Assembly: GCA_964016885.1 (NCBI GenBank)
Contig: OZ024742.1
Span: 14,074,001 to 14,138,000 of the forward strand
Direction: 5' to 3'
Length of the DNA stretch: 64,000 bases
Origin: Eledone cirrhosa
Taxonomy: Eukaryota
Part shown: piece after piece, positions 39,601 through 54,600 of the stretch
Position numbering within the stretch: the stretch's first letter is position 1
Layout: each line of letters starts with the position of its first letter
Notes under the pieces: generated by a model
Database searches by the model: none
What the model saw: the letters and a program-made list of their open reading frames with translations, nothing else
Told to the model about the DNA's origin: nothing
Made by a program: the position numbers and the translations under genes

Positions 39601-42600
39601 GTCTAACCTCAATGTGAGACCTCTAACCCTAAAAGTGACCAGCTGACCTTGTCTAGCCTCAATGTGTGACTTATCCCTAGAAGTGACCACCTGACCTAGT
39701 GTAACCTAAACCTAGAAGTGACCACCTGACCTTGTCTAGCCTCACTGTGAGAGCATCTAATGCAAGGAGTGACCACCTGTGAGAACTGACCACCTGACCT
39801 AATCTAGTCTCTATGTGAGACTATCTAACCCAAGAAGTGACCAGCTGACCTAGTCTAGCCTCAATGTGAGACTTCTAACCCTATAAGTGACACCCTGACC
39901 GAGTGTATACTGAATGTGAGACCTAACCCAAGAAGTAACCACCTGACCTAGTCTAGCCTCCAATGTGAGACCTAATCCTAGAAGTGACCACCTGACCTAG
40001 TCTAGCCTCAATGTGAGACCTAACCCTAGAAGTGACCACCTGACCTAGTCTAGCCTCAATGTGAGATCTTACTCTAGAAGTGACCACCTGACCTAGTCTA
40101 GCCTCAATGTGAAACCTAACCCTAGAAGTGACCACCTGACCTAATCTAGTCTCAATGTGAGACTATCTAACCCAAGAAGTGACCAGCTGACCTAGTCTAG
40201 CCTCAATGTGAGACCTTGTAACCCTAGAAGTGACCACCTGACCTAGTCTAGCCTCAATGTGAGACCTAACTCTCGAAGTGAACACCTGACCTAGTCTAGC
40301 CTCAATGTGAGACCATCTAACCCTAGAAGTGACCACCTTACCTAGTCTAGTCTCATTGTGAGACCTAACCCTAGAAGTGACAACCTGACCTAGTGTAAAC
40401 TGAATGTGAGACCTAACCCAAGAAGTGACCACCTGACCTAGTCTAGCCTCAATGTGAGACGATCTAACCCAAGAAGTGACCACCTGAACTAGTGTAACCT
40501 CAATGAGACCTAACCCAAGAAGTGACCACCTGACCTAGTCTAGCCTCAATGTGAGACGATCTAACCCAAAAAGTGACCACCTGAACTAGTGTAACCTCAA
40601 TGAGACCTAACCCTAGAAGTGACCACCTGACCTTGTCTAGCCTCACTGTGAGACCATCTAACGCAAGGAGTGACCACCTGACCTAGTGTAACCTCAATGT
40701 GAGAACTTCTAACCCTAGAAGTGACCACTTACCTAGTCTAACCTCAATGTGAGACCTAACCCTAGAAGTGACCACCAGACCTAGTCTAGCCTCAATGTGA
40801 GACCTTCTAACCCTAGAAGTGACCACCTTACCTAGTCTAGTCTCAATGTGAGACCTAACCCTAGAAGTGACCACCTGACCTAGTCTAGCCTCAATGTGAG
40901 ATCTTACTCTAGAAGTGACCACCTGACCTAGTCTAGCCTCAATGTGAGACCTAACCCTAGAAGTGACCACCTGACCTAGTCTAGCCTCAATGTGAGACCT
41001 AACCTTAGAAGTGACCACCTGACCTAATCTAGTCTCAATGTGAGACTATCTAACCCAAGAAGTGACCAGCTGACCTAGTCTAGCCTCAATGTGAGACCTT
41101 GTAACCCTAGAAGTGACCACCTGACCTAGTCTAGCCTCAATGTGAGACCTAACTCTCGAAGTGAACACCTGACCTAGTCTAGCCTCAATGTGAGACCATC
41201 TAACCCTAGAAGTGACCACCTGACCTAGTCTAACCTCAATGTGAGACCTCTAACCCTAGAAGTGACCAGCTGACCTTGTCTAGCCTCAATGTTTGACCTT
41301 CTATCCCTAGAAGTGACCACCTGACCGAGTCTAGCCTCAATGTGAGATAATCTAATGCAAGACGTGACCACCTGACCTAGTGTAACCTCAATGTGAGACC
41401 TAACCCTAGAAGTGACCAGCTGACCTAGTCTAGCCTCAATGTGAGACTTCTAACCCTAGAAGTGACAACCTGACCGAGTGTAAACTGAATGTGAGACCTA
41501 ACCCAAGAAGTAACCACCTGACCTAGTCTAGCCTCCAATGTGAGACCTAATCCTAGAAGTGACCACCTGACCTAGTCTAGCCTCAATGTGAGACCTGACC
41601 TAGTCTAGACTCAATGTGTGACCTATCCCTAGAAGTGACCACCTGACCTAGTGTAACCTAACCCTAGAAGTGACCAACTGACCTAGTCTAGCCTAAATGC
41701 GAGACCTAACCCTAGAAGTGACCACCTGACCTAGTCTAGCCTCAATGTGAGACCTAACCCTAGAAGTGACCACCTGACCTAGTCTAGCCTCAATGTGAGA
41801 TTTCTAACCCTAGAAGTGACAACCTGACCAAGTGTAAACTGAATGTGAGATCTAACCCAAGAAGTGACCACCTGACCTAGTCTAGCCTCAATGTGAGACC
41901 TTCTAACCCTAGAAGTGACCACCTCACCTAGTCTAACCTCAATGTGAGACCTCTAACCCTAGAAGTGACCAGCTGACCGTGTCTAGCCTCAATGTGTGAC
42001 TTATCCCTAGAAGTGACCACCTGACCTAGTGTAACCTAAACCTAGAAGTGACCACCTGACCTTGTCTAGCCTCACTGTGAGACCATCTAACTCAAGGAGT
42101 GACCACCTGACCTAGTGTAACCTCAATGTGACAACTTCTAAACCTAGAAGTGACCACTTACCTAGTCTAACCTCAATGTGAGACCTAACCCTAGAAATGA
42201 CCACCAGACCTAGTCTAGCCTCAATGTGAGACCTAACACTAGAAGTGACCACCTGACCTAGTCTGACCTCTAACCCTGGAAGTGACCAGCTGACCTTGTC
42301 TAGTCTCAAGGTTTGACCTATCCCTAGAAGTGACCACCTGACCTACTCTAGCCTCAATATGAGACCATCTAACGCAAGAAGTGACCACCTGACCTAGTGT
42401 AACCTCAATGTGAGTCCTAACCCTAGAAGTGACCACCTGACCTTGTCTAACCTCAATGTGAGACCTTGTAACCCTAGAAGTGACCACCTGACCTAGTCTA
42501 GCCTCAATGTGAGACCATCTAACCCTAGAAGTGACCACCTTACCTAGTCTAGCCTCAATATGAGACCATCTAACGCAAGAAGTGACCACCTGACCTAGTG

Positions 42601-45600
42601 TAACCTCAATGTGAGACCTAACTCTATAAGTGACCACCTGACCTAGTCTAGCCTCAATGTGAGACCTAACCCTAGAAGTGAACACCTGGCCTAGTCTAGC
42701 CTTAATATGAGACCATCTAACCCTAGAAATGACCACCTTACCTAGTCTAGTCTCAATGTGAGACCTAGCCCTAGAAGTGACCACCTGACTTAGTCTAGCC
42801 TGAATGTGAGACCTTCTAACCCAAGAAGTGACCAGCTGACCTAGTCTAGCCTCAATGTGAGACTTCTAACCCTATAAGTGACACCCTGACCGAGTGTATA
42901 CTGAATGTGAGACCTAACCCAAGAAGTAACCACCTGACCTAGTCTAGCCTCCAATGTGAGACCTAATCCTAGAAGTGACCACCTGACCTAGTCTAGCCTC
43001 AATGTGAGACCTAACCCTAGAAGTGACCACCTGACCTAGTCTAGCCTCAATGTGAGATCTTACTCTAGAAGTGACCACCTGACCTAGTCTAGCCTCAATG
43101 TGAAACCTAACCCTAGAAGTGACCACCTGACCTAATCTAGTCTCAATGTGAGACTATCTAACCCAAGAAGTGACCAGCTGACCTAGTCTAGCCTCAATGT
43201 GAGACCTTGTAACCCTAGAAGTGACCACCTGACCTAGTCTAGCCTCAATGTGAGACCTAACTCTCGAAGTGAACACCTGACCTAGTCTAGCCTCAATGTG
43301 AGACCATCTAACCCTAGAAGTGACCACCTTACCTAGTCTAGTCTCATTGTGAGACCTAACCCTAGAAGTGACAACCTGACCTAGTGTAAACTGAATGTGA
43401 GACCTAACCCAAGAAGTGACCACCTGACCTAGTCTAGCCTCAATGTGAGACGATCTAACCCAAGAAGTGACCACCTGAACTAGTGTAACCTCAATGAGAC
43501 CTAACCCAAGAAGTGACCACCTGACCTAGTCTAGCCTCAATGTGAGACGATCTAACCCAAAAAGTGACCACCTGAACTAGTGTAACCTCAATGAGACCTA
43601 ACCCTAGAAGTGACCACCTGACCTTGTCTAGCCTCACTGTGAGACCATCTAACGCAAGGAGTGACCACCTGACCTAGTGTAACCTCAATGTGAGAACTTC
43701 TAACCCTAGAAGTGACCACTTACCTAGTCTAACCTCAATGTGAGACCTAACCCTAGAAGTGACCACCAGACCTAGTCTAGCCTCAATGTGAGACCTTCTA
43801 ACCCTAGAAGTGACCACCTTACCTAGTCTAGTCTCAATGTGAGACCTAACCCTAGAAGTGACCACCTGACCTAGTCTAGCCTCAATGTGAGATCTTACTC
43901 TAGAAGTGACCACCTGACCTAGTCTAGCCTCAATGTGAGACCTAACCCTAGAAGTGACCACCTGACCTAGTCTAGCCTCAATGTGAGACCTAACCTTAGA
44001 AGTGACCACCTGACCTAATCTAGTCTCAATGTGAGACTATCTAACCCAAGAAGTGACCAGCTGACCTAGTCTAGCCTCAATGTGAGACCTTGTAACCCTA
44101 GAAGTGACCACCTGACCTAGTCTAGCCTCAATGTGAGACCTAACTCTCGAAGTGAACACCTGACCTAGTCTAGCCTCAATGTGAGACCATCTAACCCTAG
44201 AAGTGACCACCTGACCTAGTCTAACCTCAATGTGAGACCTCTAACCCTAGAAGTGACCAGCTGACCTTGTCTAGCCTCAATGTTTGACCTTCTATCCCTA
44301 GAAGTGACCACCTGACCGAGTCTAGCCTCAATGTGAGATAATCTAATGCAAGACGTGACCACCTGACCTAGTGTAACCTCAATGTGAGACCTAACCCTAG
44401 AAGTGACCAGCTGACCTAGTCTAGCCTCAATGTGAGACTTCTAACCCTAGAAGTGACAACCTGACCGAGTGTAAACTGAATGTGAGACCTAACCCAAGAA
44501 GTAACCACCTGACCTAGTCTAGCCTCCAATGTGAGACCTAATCCTAGAAGTGACCACCTGACCTAGTCTAGCCTCAATGTGAGACCTGACCTAGTCTAGA
44601 CTCAATGTGTGACCTATCCCTAGAAGTGACCACCTGACCTAGTGTAACCTAACCCTAGAAGTGACCAACTGACCTAGTCTAGCCTAAATGCGAGACCTAA
44701 CCCTAGAAGTGACCACCTGACCTAGTCTAGCCTCAATGTGAGACCTAACCCTAGAAGTGACCACCTGACCTAGTCTAGCCTCAATGTGAGATTTCTAACC
44801 CTAGAAGTGACAACCTGACCAAGTGTAAACTGAATGTGAGATCTAACCCAAGAAGTGACCACCTGACCTAGTCTAGCCTCAATGTGAGACCTTCTAACCC
44901 TAGAAGTGACCACCTCACCTAGTCTAACCTCAATGTGAGACCTCTAACCCTAGAAGTGACCAGCTGACCGTGTCTAGCCTCAATGTGTGACTTATCCCTA
45001 GAAGTGACCACCTGACCTAGTGTAACCTAAACCTAGAAGTGACCACCTGACCTTGTCTAGCCTCACTGTGAGACCATCTAACTCAAGGAGTGACCACCTG
45101 ACCTAGTGTAACCTCAATGTGACAACTTCTAAACCTAGAAGTGACCACTTACCTAGTCTAACCTCAATGTGAGACCTAACCCTAGAAATGACCACCAGAC
45201 CTAGTCTAGCCTCAATGTGAGACCTAACACTAGAAGTGACCACCTGACCTAGTCTGACCTCTAACCCTGGAAGTGACCAGCTGACCTTGTCTAGTCTCAA
45301 GGTTTGACCTATCCCTAGAAGTGACCACCTGACCTACTCTAGCCTCAATATGAGACCATCTAACGCAAGAAGTGACCACCTGACCTAGTGTAACCTCAAT
45401 GTGAGTCCTAACCCTAGAAGTGACCACCTGACCTTGTCTAACCTCAATGTGAGACCTTGTAACCCTAGAAGTGACCACCTGACCTAGTCTAGCCTCAATG
45501 TGAGACCATCTAACCCTAGAAGTGACCACCTTACCTAGTCTAGCCTCAATATGAGACCATCTAACGCAAGAAGTGACCACCTGACCTAGTGTAACCTCAA

Positions 45601-48600
45601 TGTGAGACCTAACTCTATAAGTGACCACCTGACCTAGTCTAGCCTCAATGTGAGACCTAACCCTAGAAGTGAACACCTGGCCTAGTCTAGCCTTAATATG
45701 AGACCATCTAACCCTAGAAATGACCACCTTACCTAGTCTAGTCTCAATGTGAGACCTAGCCCTAGAAGTGACCACCTGACTTAGTCTAGCCTGAATGTGA
45801 GACCTTCTAACCCAAGAAGTGACCAGCTGACCTAGTCTAGCCTCAATGTGAGACTTCTAACCCTAGAAGTGACAACCTGACCTAGTGTAAACTGAATGTG
45901 AGAACTAACCCAAGAAGTGACCACCTGACCTAGTCTAGCCTCAATGTGAGACGATCTAACCCAAGAAGTGACCACCTGAACTAGTGTAACCTCAATGAGA
46001 CCTAACCCTAGAAGTGACAACCTGACCTAGTCTAGCCTCAATGTGAGACCTAACCCTAGCAGTGACCACCTGACCTAGTCTAGCCTCAACGTGAGACCTA
46101 ACCCTAGAAGTGACCACCTGACCTTATCTAGCCTCAATGTGAGACTATCTAACCCAAGAAGTGACCACCTGACCTAGTCTAGCCTCAATGTGAGACCATC
46201 TAACCCTAGAAGTGACCACCTGACCTAGTCTAACCTCAATGTGAGACCTCTAACCCTAGAAGTGACCAGCTGACCTTGTCTAGCCTCAATGTTTGACCTT
46301 CTATCCCTAGAAGTGACCACCTGACCTAGTCGAGCCTCAATGTGAGATAATCTAACGCAAGAAGTGACCACCTGACCTAGTGTAACCTCAATGTGAGACC
46401 TAACCCTAGAAGTGACCAGCTGACCTAGTCTAGCCTCAATGTGAGACTTCTAACCCTAGAAGTGACAACCTGACCGAGTGTAAACTGAATGTGAGACCTA
46501 ACCCAAGAAGTAACCACCTGACCTAGTCTAGCCTCCAATGTGAGACCTAATCCTAGAAGTGACCACCTGACCTAGTCTAGCCTCAATGTGAGACCTAACC
46601 CTAGAAGTGATCAGCTGACCTAGTCTAGCCTCAATGTGTGACCTATCCCTAGAAGTGACCACCTGACCTAGTGTAACCTAACCCTAGAAGTGACCAACTG
46701 ACCTAGTCTAGCCTAAATGTGAGACCTAACCCTAGAAGTGACCAACTGACCTAGTCTAGCCTCAATGTGAGACCATCTAATGCAAGAAGTGACCACCTGA
46801 CCTAGTGTAACCTCATTGTGAGACATAACCCTAGAAGTGACCACCTGACCTAGTCTAACCTCAATGTGAGACCTTTAACCCTAGAAGTGACCACCTGACC
46901 TAGTCTAGCCTCAATGTGAGACCTAACCCTAGAAGTGACCACCTGACCTAGTCTAGCCTCAATGTGAGATTTCTAACCCTAGAAGTGACAACCTGACCAA
47001 GTGTAAACTGAATGTGAGACCTTCTAACCCAAGAAGTGACCACCTGACCTAGTCTAGCCTCAATGTGAGACCTTCTTACCCTAGAAGTGACCACCTGACC
47101 TAGTCTAGCCTCAATGTGAGACCTAACCCTAGAAGTGACCACCTCACCTAGTCTAACCTCAATGTGAGACCTCTAACCCTAAAAGTGACCAGCTGACCTT
47201 GTCTAGCCTCAATGTGTGACTTATCCCTAGAAGTGACCACCTGACCTAGTGTAACCTAAACCTAGAAGTGACCACCTGACCTTGTCTAGCCTCACTGTGA
47301 GAGCATCTAATGCAAGGAGTGACCACCTGTGAGAACTGACCACCTGACCTAATCTAGTCTCTATGTGAGACTATCTAACCCAAGAAGTGACCAGCTGACC
47401 TAGTCTAGCCTCAATGTGAGACTTCTAACCCTATAAGTGACACCCTGACCGAGTGTATACTGAATGTGAGACCTAACCCAAGAAGTAACCTCCTGACCTA
47501 GTCTAGCCTCCAATGTGAGACCTAATCCTAGAAGTGACCACCTGACCTAGTCTAGCCTCAATGTGAGACCTAACCCTAGAAGTGACCACCTGACCTAGTC
47601 TAGCCTCAATGTGAGATCTTACTCTAGAAGTGACCACCTGACCTAGTCTAGCCTCAATGTGAAACCTAACCCTAGAAGTGACCACCTGACCTAATCTAGT
47701 CTCAATGTGAGACTATCTAACCCAAGAAGTGACCAGCTGACCTAGTCTAGCCTCAATGTGAGACCTTGTAACCCTAGAAGTGACCACCTGACCTAGTCTA
47801 GCCTCAATGTGAGACCTAACTCTCGAAGTGAACACCTGACCTAGTCTAGCCTCAATGTGAGACCATCTAACCCTAGAAGTGACCACCTTACCTAGTCTAG
47901 TCTCATTGTGAGACCTAACCCTAGAAGTGACAACCTGACCTAGTGTAAACTGAATGTGAGACCTAACCCAAGAAGTGACCACCTGACCTAGTCTAGCCTC
48001 AATGTGAGACGATCTAACCCAAGAAGTGACCACCTGAACTAGTGTAATCTCAATGAGACCTAACCCAAGAAGTGACCACCTGACCTAGTCTAGCCTCAAT
48101 GTGAGACGATCTAACCCAAAAAGTGACCACCTGAACTAGTGTAACCTCAATGAGACCTAACCCTAGAAGTGACCACCTGACCTTGTCTAGCCTCACTGTG
48201 AGACCATCTAACGCAAGGAGTGACCACCTGACCTAGTGTAACCTCAATGTGAGAACTTCTAACCCTAGAAGTGACCACTTACCTAGTCTAACCTCAATGT
48301 GAGACCTAACCCTAGAAGTGACCACCAGACCTAGTCTAGCCTCAATGTGAGACCTTCTAACCCTAGAAGTGACCACCTTACCTAGTCTAGTCTCAATGTG
48401 AGACCTAACCCTAGAAGTGACCACCTGACCTAGTCTAGCCTCAATGTGAGATCTTACTCTAGAAGTGACCACCTGACCTAGTCTAGCCTCAATGTGAGAC
48501 CTAACCCTAGAAGTGACCACCTGACCTAGTCTAGCCTCAATGTGAGACCTAACCTTAGAAGTGACCACCTGACCTAATCTAGTCTCAATGTGAGACTATC

Positions 48601-51600
48601 TAACCCAAGAAGTGACCAGCTGACCTAGTCTAGCCTCAATGTGAGACCTTGTAACCCTAGAAGTGACCACCTGACCTAGTCTAGCCTCAATGTGAGACCT
48701 AACTCTCGAAGTGAACACCTGACCTAGTCTAGCCTCAATGTGAGACCATCTAACCCTAGAAGTGACCACCTGACCTAGTCTAACCTCAATGTGAGACCTC
48801 TAACCCTAGAAGTGACCAGCTGACCTTGTCTAGCCTCAATGTTTGACCTTCTATCCCTAGAAGTGACCACCTGACCGAGTCTAGCCTCAATGTGAGATAA
48901 TCTAATGCAAGACGTGACCACCTGACCTAGTGTAACCTCAATGTGAGACCTAACCCTAGAAGTGACCAGCTGACCTAGTCTAGCCTCAATGTGAGACTTC
49001 TAACCCTAGAAGTGACAACCTGACCGAGTGTAAACTGAATGTGAGACCTAACCCAAGAAGTAACCACCTGACCTAGTCTAGCCTCCAATGTGAGACCTAA
49101 TCCTAGAAGTGACCACCTGACCTAGTCTAGCCTCAATGTGAGACCTGACCTAGTCTAGACTCAATGTGTGACCTATCCCTAGAAGTGACCACCTGACCTA
49201 GTGTAACCTAACCCTAGAAGTGACCAACTGACCTAGTCTAGCCTAAATGCGAGACCTAACCCTAGAAGTGACCACCTGACCTAGTCTAGCCTCAATGTGA
49301 GACCTAACCCTAGAAGTGACCACCTGACCTAGTCTAGCCTCAATGTGAGATTTCTAACCCTAGAAGTGACAACCTGACCAAGTGTAAACTGAATGTGAGA
49401 TCTAACCCAAGAAGTGACCACCTGACCTAGTCTAGCCTCAATGTGAGACCTTCTAACCCTAGAAGTGACCACCTCACCTAGTCTAACCTCAATGTGAGAC
49501 CTCTAACCCTAGAAGTGACCAGCTGACCGTGTCTAGCCTCAATGTGTGACTTATCCCTAGAAGTGACCACCTGACCTAGTGTAACCTAAACCTAGAAGTG
49601 ACCACCTGACCTTGTCTAGCCTCACTGTGAGACCATCTAACTCAAGGAGTGACCACCTGACCTAGTGTAACCTCAATGTGACAACTTCTAAACCTAGAAG
49701 TGACCACTTACCTAGTCTAACCTCAATGTGAGACCTAACCCTAGAAATGACCACCAGACCTAGTCTAGCCTCAATGTGAGACCTAACACTAGAAGTGACC
49801 ACCTGACCTAGTCTGACCTCTAACCCTGGAAGTGACCAGCTGACCTTGTCTAGTCTCAAGGTTTGACCTATCCCTAGAAGTGACCACCTGACCTACTCTA
49901 GCCTCAATATGAGACCATCTAACGCAAGAAGTGACCACCTGACCTAGTGTAACCTCAATGTGAGTCCTAACCCTAGAAGTGACCACCTGACCTTGTCTAA
50001 CCTCAATGTGAGACCTTGTAACCCTAGAAGTGACCACCTGACCTAGTCTAGCCTCAATGTGAGACCATCTAACCCTAGAAGTGACCACCTTACCTAGTCT
50101 AGCCTCAATATGAGACCATCTAACGCAAGAAGTGACCACCTGACCTAGTGTAACCTCAATGTGAGACCTAACTCTATAAGTGACCACCTGACCTAGTCTA
50201 GCCTCAATGTGAGACCTAACCCTAGAAGTGAACACCTGGCCTAGTCTAGCCTTAATATGAGACCATCTAACCCTGGAAATGACCACCTTACCTAGTCTAG
50301 TCTCAATGTGAGACCTAGCCCTAGAAGTGACCACCTGACTTAGTCTAGCCTGAATGTGAGACCTTCTAACCCAAGAAGTGACCAGCTGACCTAGTCTAGC
50401 CTCAATGTGAGACTTCTAACCCTAGAAGTGACAACCTGACCTAGTGTAAACTGAATGTGAGAACTAACCCAAGAAGTGACCACCTGACCTAGTCTAGCCT
50501 CAATGTGAGACGATCTAACCCAAGAAGTGACCACCTGAACTAGTGTAACCTCAATGAGACCTAACCCTAGAAGTGACAACCTGACCTAGTCTAGCCTCAA
50601 TGTGAGACCTAACCCTAGCAGTGACCACCTGACCTAGTCTAGCCTCAACGTGAGACCTAACCCTAGAAGTGACCACCTGACCTTATCTAGCCTCAATGTG
50701 AGACTATCTAACCCAAGAAGTGACCACCTGACCTAGTCTAGCCTCAATGTGAGACCATCTAACCCTAGAAGTGACCACCTGACCTAGTCTAACCTCAATG
50801 TGAGACCTCTAACCCTAGAAGTGACCAGCTGACCTTGTCTAGCCTCAATGTTTGACCTTCTATCCCTAGAAGTGACCACCTGACCTAGTCGAGCCTCAAT
50901 GTGAGATAATCTAACGCAAGAAGTGACCACCTGACCTAGTGTAACCTCAATGTGAGACCTAACCCTAGAAGTGACCAGCTGACCTAGTCTAGCCTCAATG
51001 TGAGACTTCTAACCCTAGAAGTGACAACCTGACCGAGTGTAAACTGAATGTGAGACCTAACCCAAGAAGTAACCACCTGACCTAGTCTAGCCTCCAATGT
51101 GAGACCTAATCCTAGAAGTGACCACCTGACCTAGTCTAGCCTCAATGTGAGACCTAACCCTAGAAGTGATCAGCTGACCTAGTCTAGCCTCAATGTGTGA
51201 CCTATCCCTAGAAGTGACCACCTGACCTAGTGTAACCTAACCCTAGAAGTGACCAACTGACCTAGTCTAGCCTAAATGTGAGACCTAACCCTAGAAGTGA
51301 CCAACTGACCTAGTCTAGCCTCAATGTGAGACCATCTAATGCAAGAAGTGACCACCTGACCTAGTGTAACCTCATTGTGAGACATAACCCTAGAAGTGAC
51401 CACCTGACCTAGTCTAACCTCAATGTGAGACCTTTAACCCTAGAAGTGACCACCTGACCTAGTCTAGCCTCAATGTGAGACCTAACCCTAGAAGTGACCA
51501 CCTGACCTAGTCTAGCCTCAATGTGAGATTTCTAACCCTAGAAGTGACAACCTGACCAAGTGTAAACTGAATGTGAGACCTTCTAACCCAAGAAGTGACC

Positions 51601-54600
51601 ACCTGACCTAGTCTAGCCTCAATGTGAGACCTTCTTACCCTAGAAGTGACCACCTGACCTAGTCTAGCCTCAATGTGAGACCTAACCCTAGAAGTGACCA
51701 CCTCACCTAGTCTAACCTCAATGTGAGACCTCTAACCCTAAAAGTGACCAGCTGACCTTGTCTAGCCTCAATGTGTGACTTATCCCTAGAAGTGACCACC
51801 TGACCTAGTGTAACCTAAACCTAGAAGTGACCACCTGACCTTGTCTAGCCTCACTGTGAGAGCATCTAATGCAAGGAGTGACCACCTGTGAGAACTGACC
51901 ACCTGACCTAATCTAGTCTCTATGTGAGACTATCTAACCCAAGAAGTGACCAGCTGACCTAGTCTAGCCTCAATGTGAGACTTCTAACCCTATAAGTGAC
52001 ACCCTGACCGAGTGTATACTGAATGTGAGACCTAACCCAAGAAGTAACCTCCTGACCTAGTCTAGCCTCCAATGTGAGACCTAATCCTAGAAGTGACCAC
52101 CTGACCTAGTCTAGCCTCAATGTGAGACCTAACCCTAGAAGTGACCACCTGACCTAGTCTAGCCTCAATGTGAGATCTTACTCTAGAAGTGACCACCTGA
52201 CCTAGTCTAGCCTCAATGTGAAACCTAACCCTAGAAGTGACCACCTGACCTAATCTAGTCTCAATGTGAGACTATCTAACCCAAGAAGTGACCAGCTGAC
52301 CTAGTCTAGCCTCAATGTGAGACCTTGTAACCCTAGAAGTGACCACCTGACCTAGTCTAGCCTCAATGTGAGACCTAACTCTCGAAGTGAACACCTGACC
52401 TAGTCTAGCCTCAATGTGAGACCATCTAACCCTAGAAGTGACCACCTTACCTAGTCTAGTCTCATTGTGAGACCTAACCCTAGAAGTGACAACCTGACCT
52501 AGTGTAAACTGAATGTGAGACCTAACCCAAGAAGTGACCACCTGACCTAGTCTAGCCTCAATGTGAGACGATCTAACCCAAGAAGTGACCACCTGAACTA
52601 GTGTAATCTCAATGAGACCTAACCCAAGAAGTGACCACCTGACCTAGTCTAGCCTCAATGTGAGACGATCTAACCCAAAAAGTGACCACCTGAACTAGTG
52701 TAACCTCAATGAGACCTAACCCTAGAAGTGACCACCTGACCTTGTCTAGCCTCACTGTGAGACCATCTAACGCAAGGAGTGACCACCTGACCTAGTGTAA
52801 CCTCAATGTGAGAACTTCTAACCCTAGAAGTGACCACTTACCTAGTCTAACCTCAATGTGAGACCTAACCCTAGAAGTGACCACCAGACCTAGTCTAGCC
52901 TCAATGTGAGACCTTCTAACCCTAGAAGTGACCACCTTACCTAGTCTAGTCTCAATGTGAGACCTAACCCTAGAAGTGACCACCTGACCTAGTCTAGCCT
53001 CAATGTGAGATCTTACTCTAGAAGTGACCACCTGACCTAGTCTAGCCTCAATGTGAGACCTAACCCTAGAAGTGACCACCTGACCTAGTCTAGCCTCAAT
53101 GTGAGACCTAACCTTAGAAGTGACCACCTGACCTAATCTAGTCTCAATGTGAGACTATCTAACCCAAGAAGTGACCAGCTGACCTAGTCTAGCCTCAATG
53201 TGAGACCTTGTAACCCTAGAAGTGACCACCTGACCTAGTCTAGCCTCAATGTGAGACCTAACTCTCGAAGTGAACACCTGACCTAGTCTAGCCTCAATGT
53301 GAGACCATCTAACCCTAGAAGTGACCACCTGACCTAGTCTAACCTCAATGTGAGACCTCTAACCCTAGAAGTGACCAGCTGACCTTGTCTAGCCTCAATG
53401 TTTGACCTTCTATCCCTAGAAGTGACCACCTGACCGAGTCTAGCCTCAATGTGAGATAATCTAATGCAAGACGTGACCACCTGACCTAGTGTAACCTCAA
53501 TGTGAGACCTAACCCTAGAAGTGACCAGCTGACCTAGTCTAGCCTCAATGTGAGACTTCTAACCCTAGAAGTGACAACCTGACCGAGTGTAAACTGAATG
53601 TGAGACCTAACCCAAGAAGTAACCACCTGACCTAGTCTAGCCTCCAATGTGAGACCTAATCCTAGAAGTGACCACCTGACCTAGTCTAGCCTCAATGTGA
53701 GACCTGACCTAGTCTAGACTCAATGTGTGACCTATCCCTAGAAGTGACCACCTGACCTAGTGTAACCTAACCCTAGAAGTGACCAACTGACCTAGTCTAG
53801 CCTAAATGCGAGACCTAACCCTAGAAGTGACCACCTGACCTAGTCTAGCCTCAATGTGAGACCTAACCCTAGAAGTGACCACCTGACCTAGTCTAGCCTC
53901 AATGTGAGATTTCTAACCCTAGAAGTGACAACCTGACCAAGTGTAAACTGAATGTGAGATCTAACCCAAGAAGTGACCACCTGACCTAGTCTAGCCTCAA
54001 TGTGAGACCTTCTAACCCTAGAAGTGACCACCTCACCTAGTCTAACCTCAATGTGAGACCTCTAACCCTAGAAGTGACCAGCTGACCGTGTCTAGCCTCA
54101 ATGTGTGACTTATCCCTAGAAGTGACCACCTGACCTAGTGTAACCTAAACCTAGAAGTGACCACCTGACCTTGTCTAGCCTCACTGTGAGACCATCTAAC
54201 TCAAGGAGTGACCACCTGACCTAGTGTAACCTCAATGTGACAACTTCTAAACCTAGAAGTGACCACTTACCTAGTCTAACCTCAATGTGAGACCTAACCC
54301 TAGAAATGACCACCAGACCTAGTCTAGCCTCAATGTGAGACCTAACACTAGAAGTGACCACCTGACCTAGTCTGACCTCTAACCCTGGAAGTGACCAGCT
54401 GACCTTGTCTAGTCTCAAGGTTTGACCTATCCCTAGAAGTGACCACCTGACCTACTCTAGCCTCAATATGAGACCATCTAACGCAAGAAGTGACCACCTG
54501 ACCTAGTGTAACCTCAATGTGAGTCCTAACCCTAGAAGTGACCACCTGACCTTGTCTAACCTCAATGTGAGACCTTGTAACCCTAGAAGTGACCACCTGA

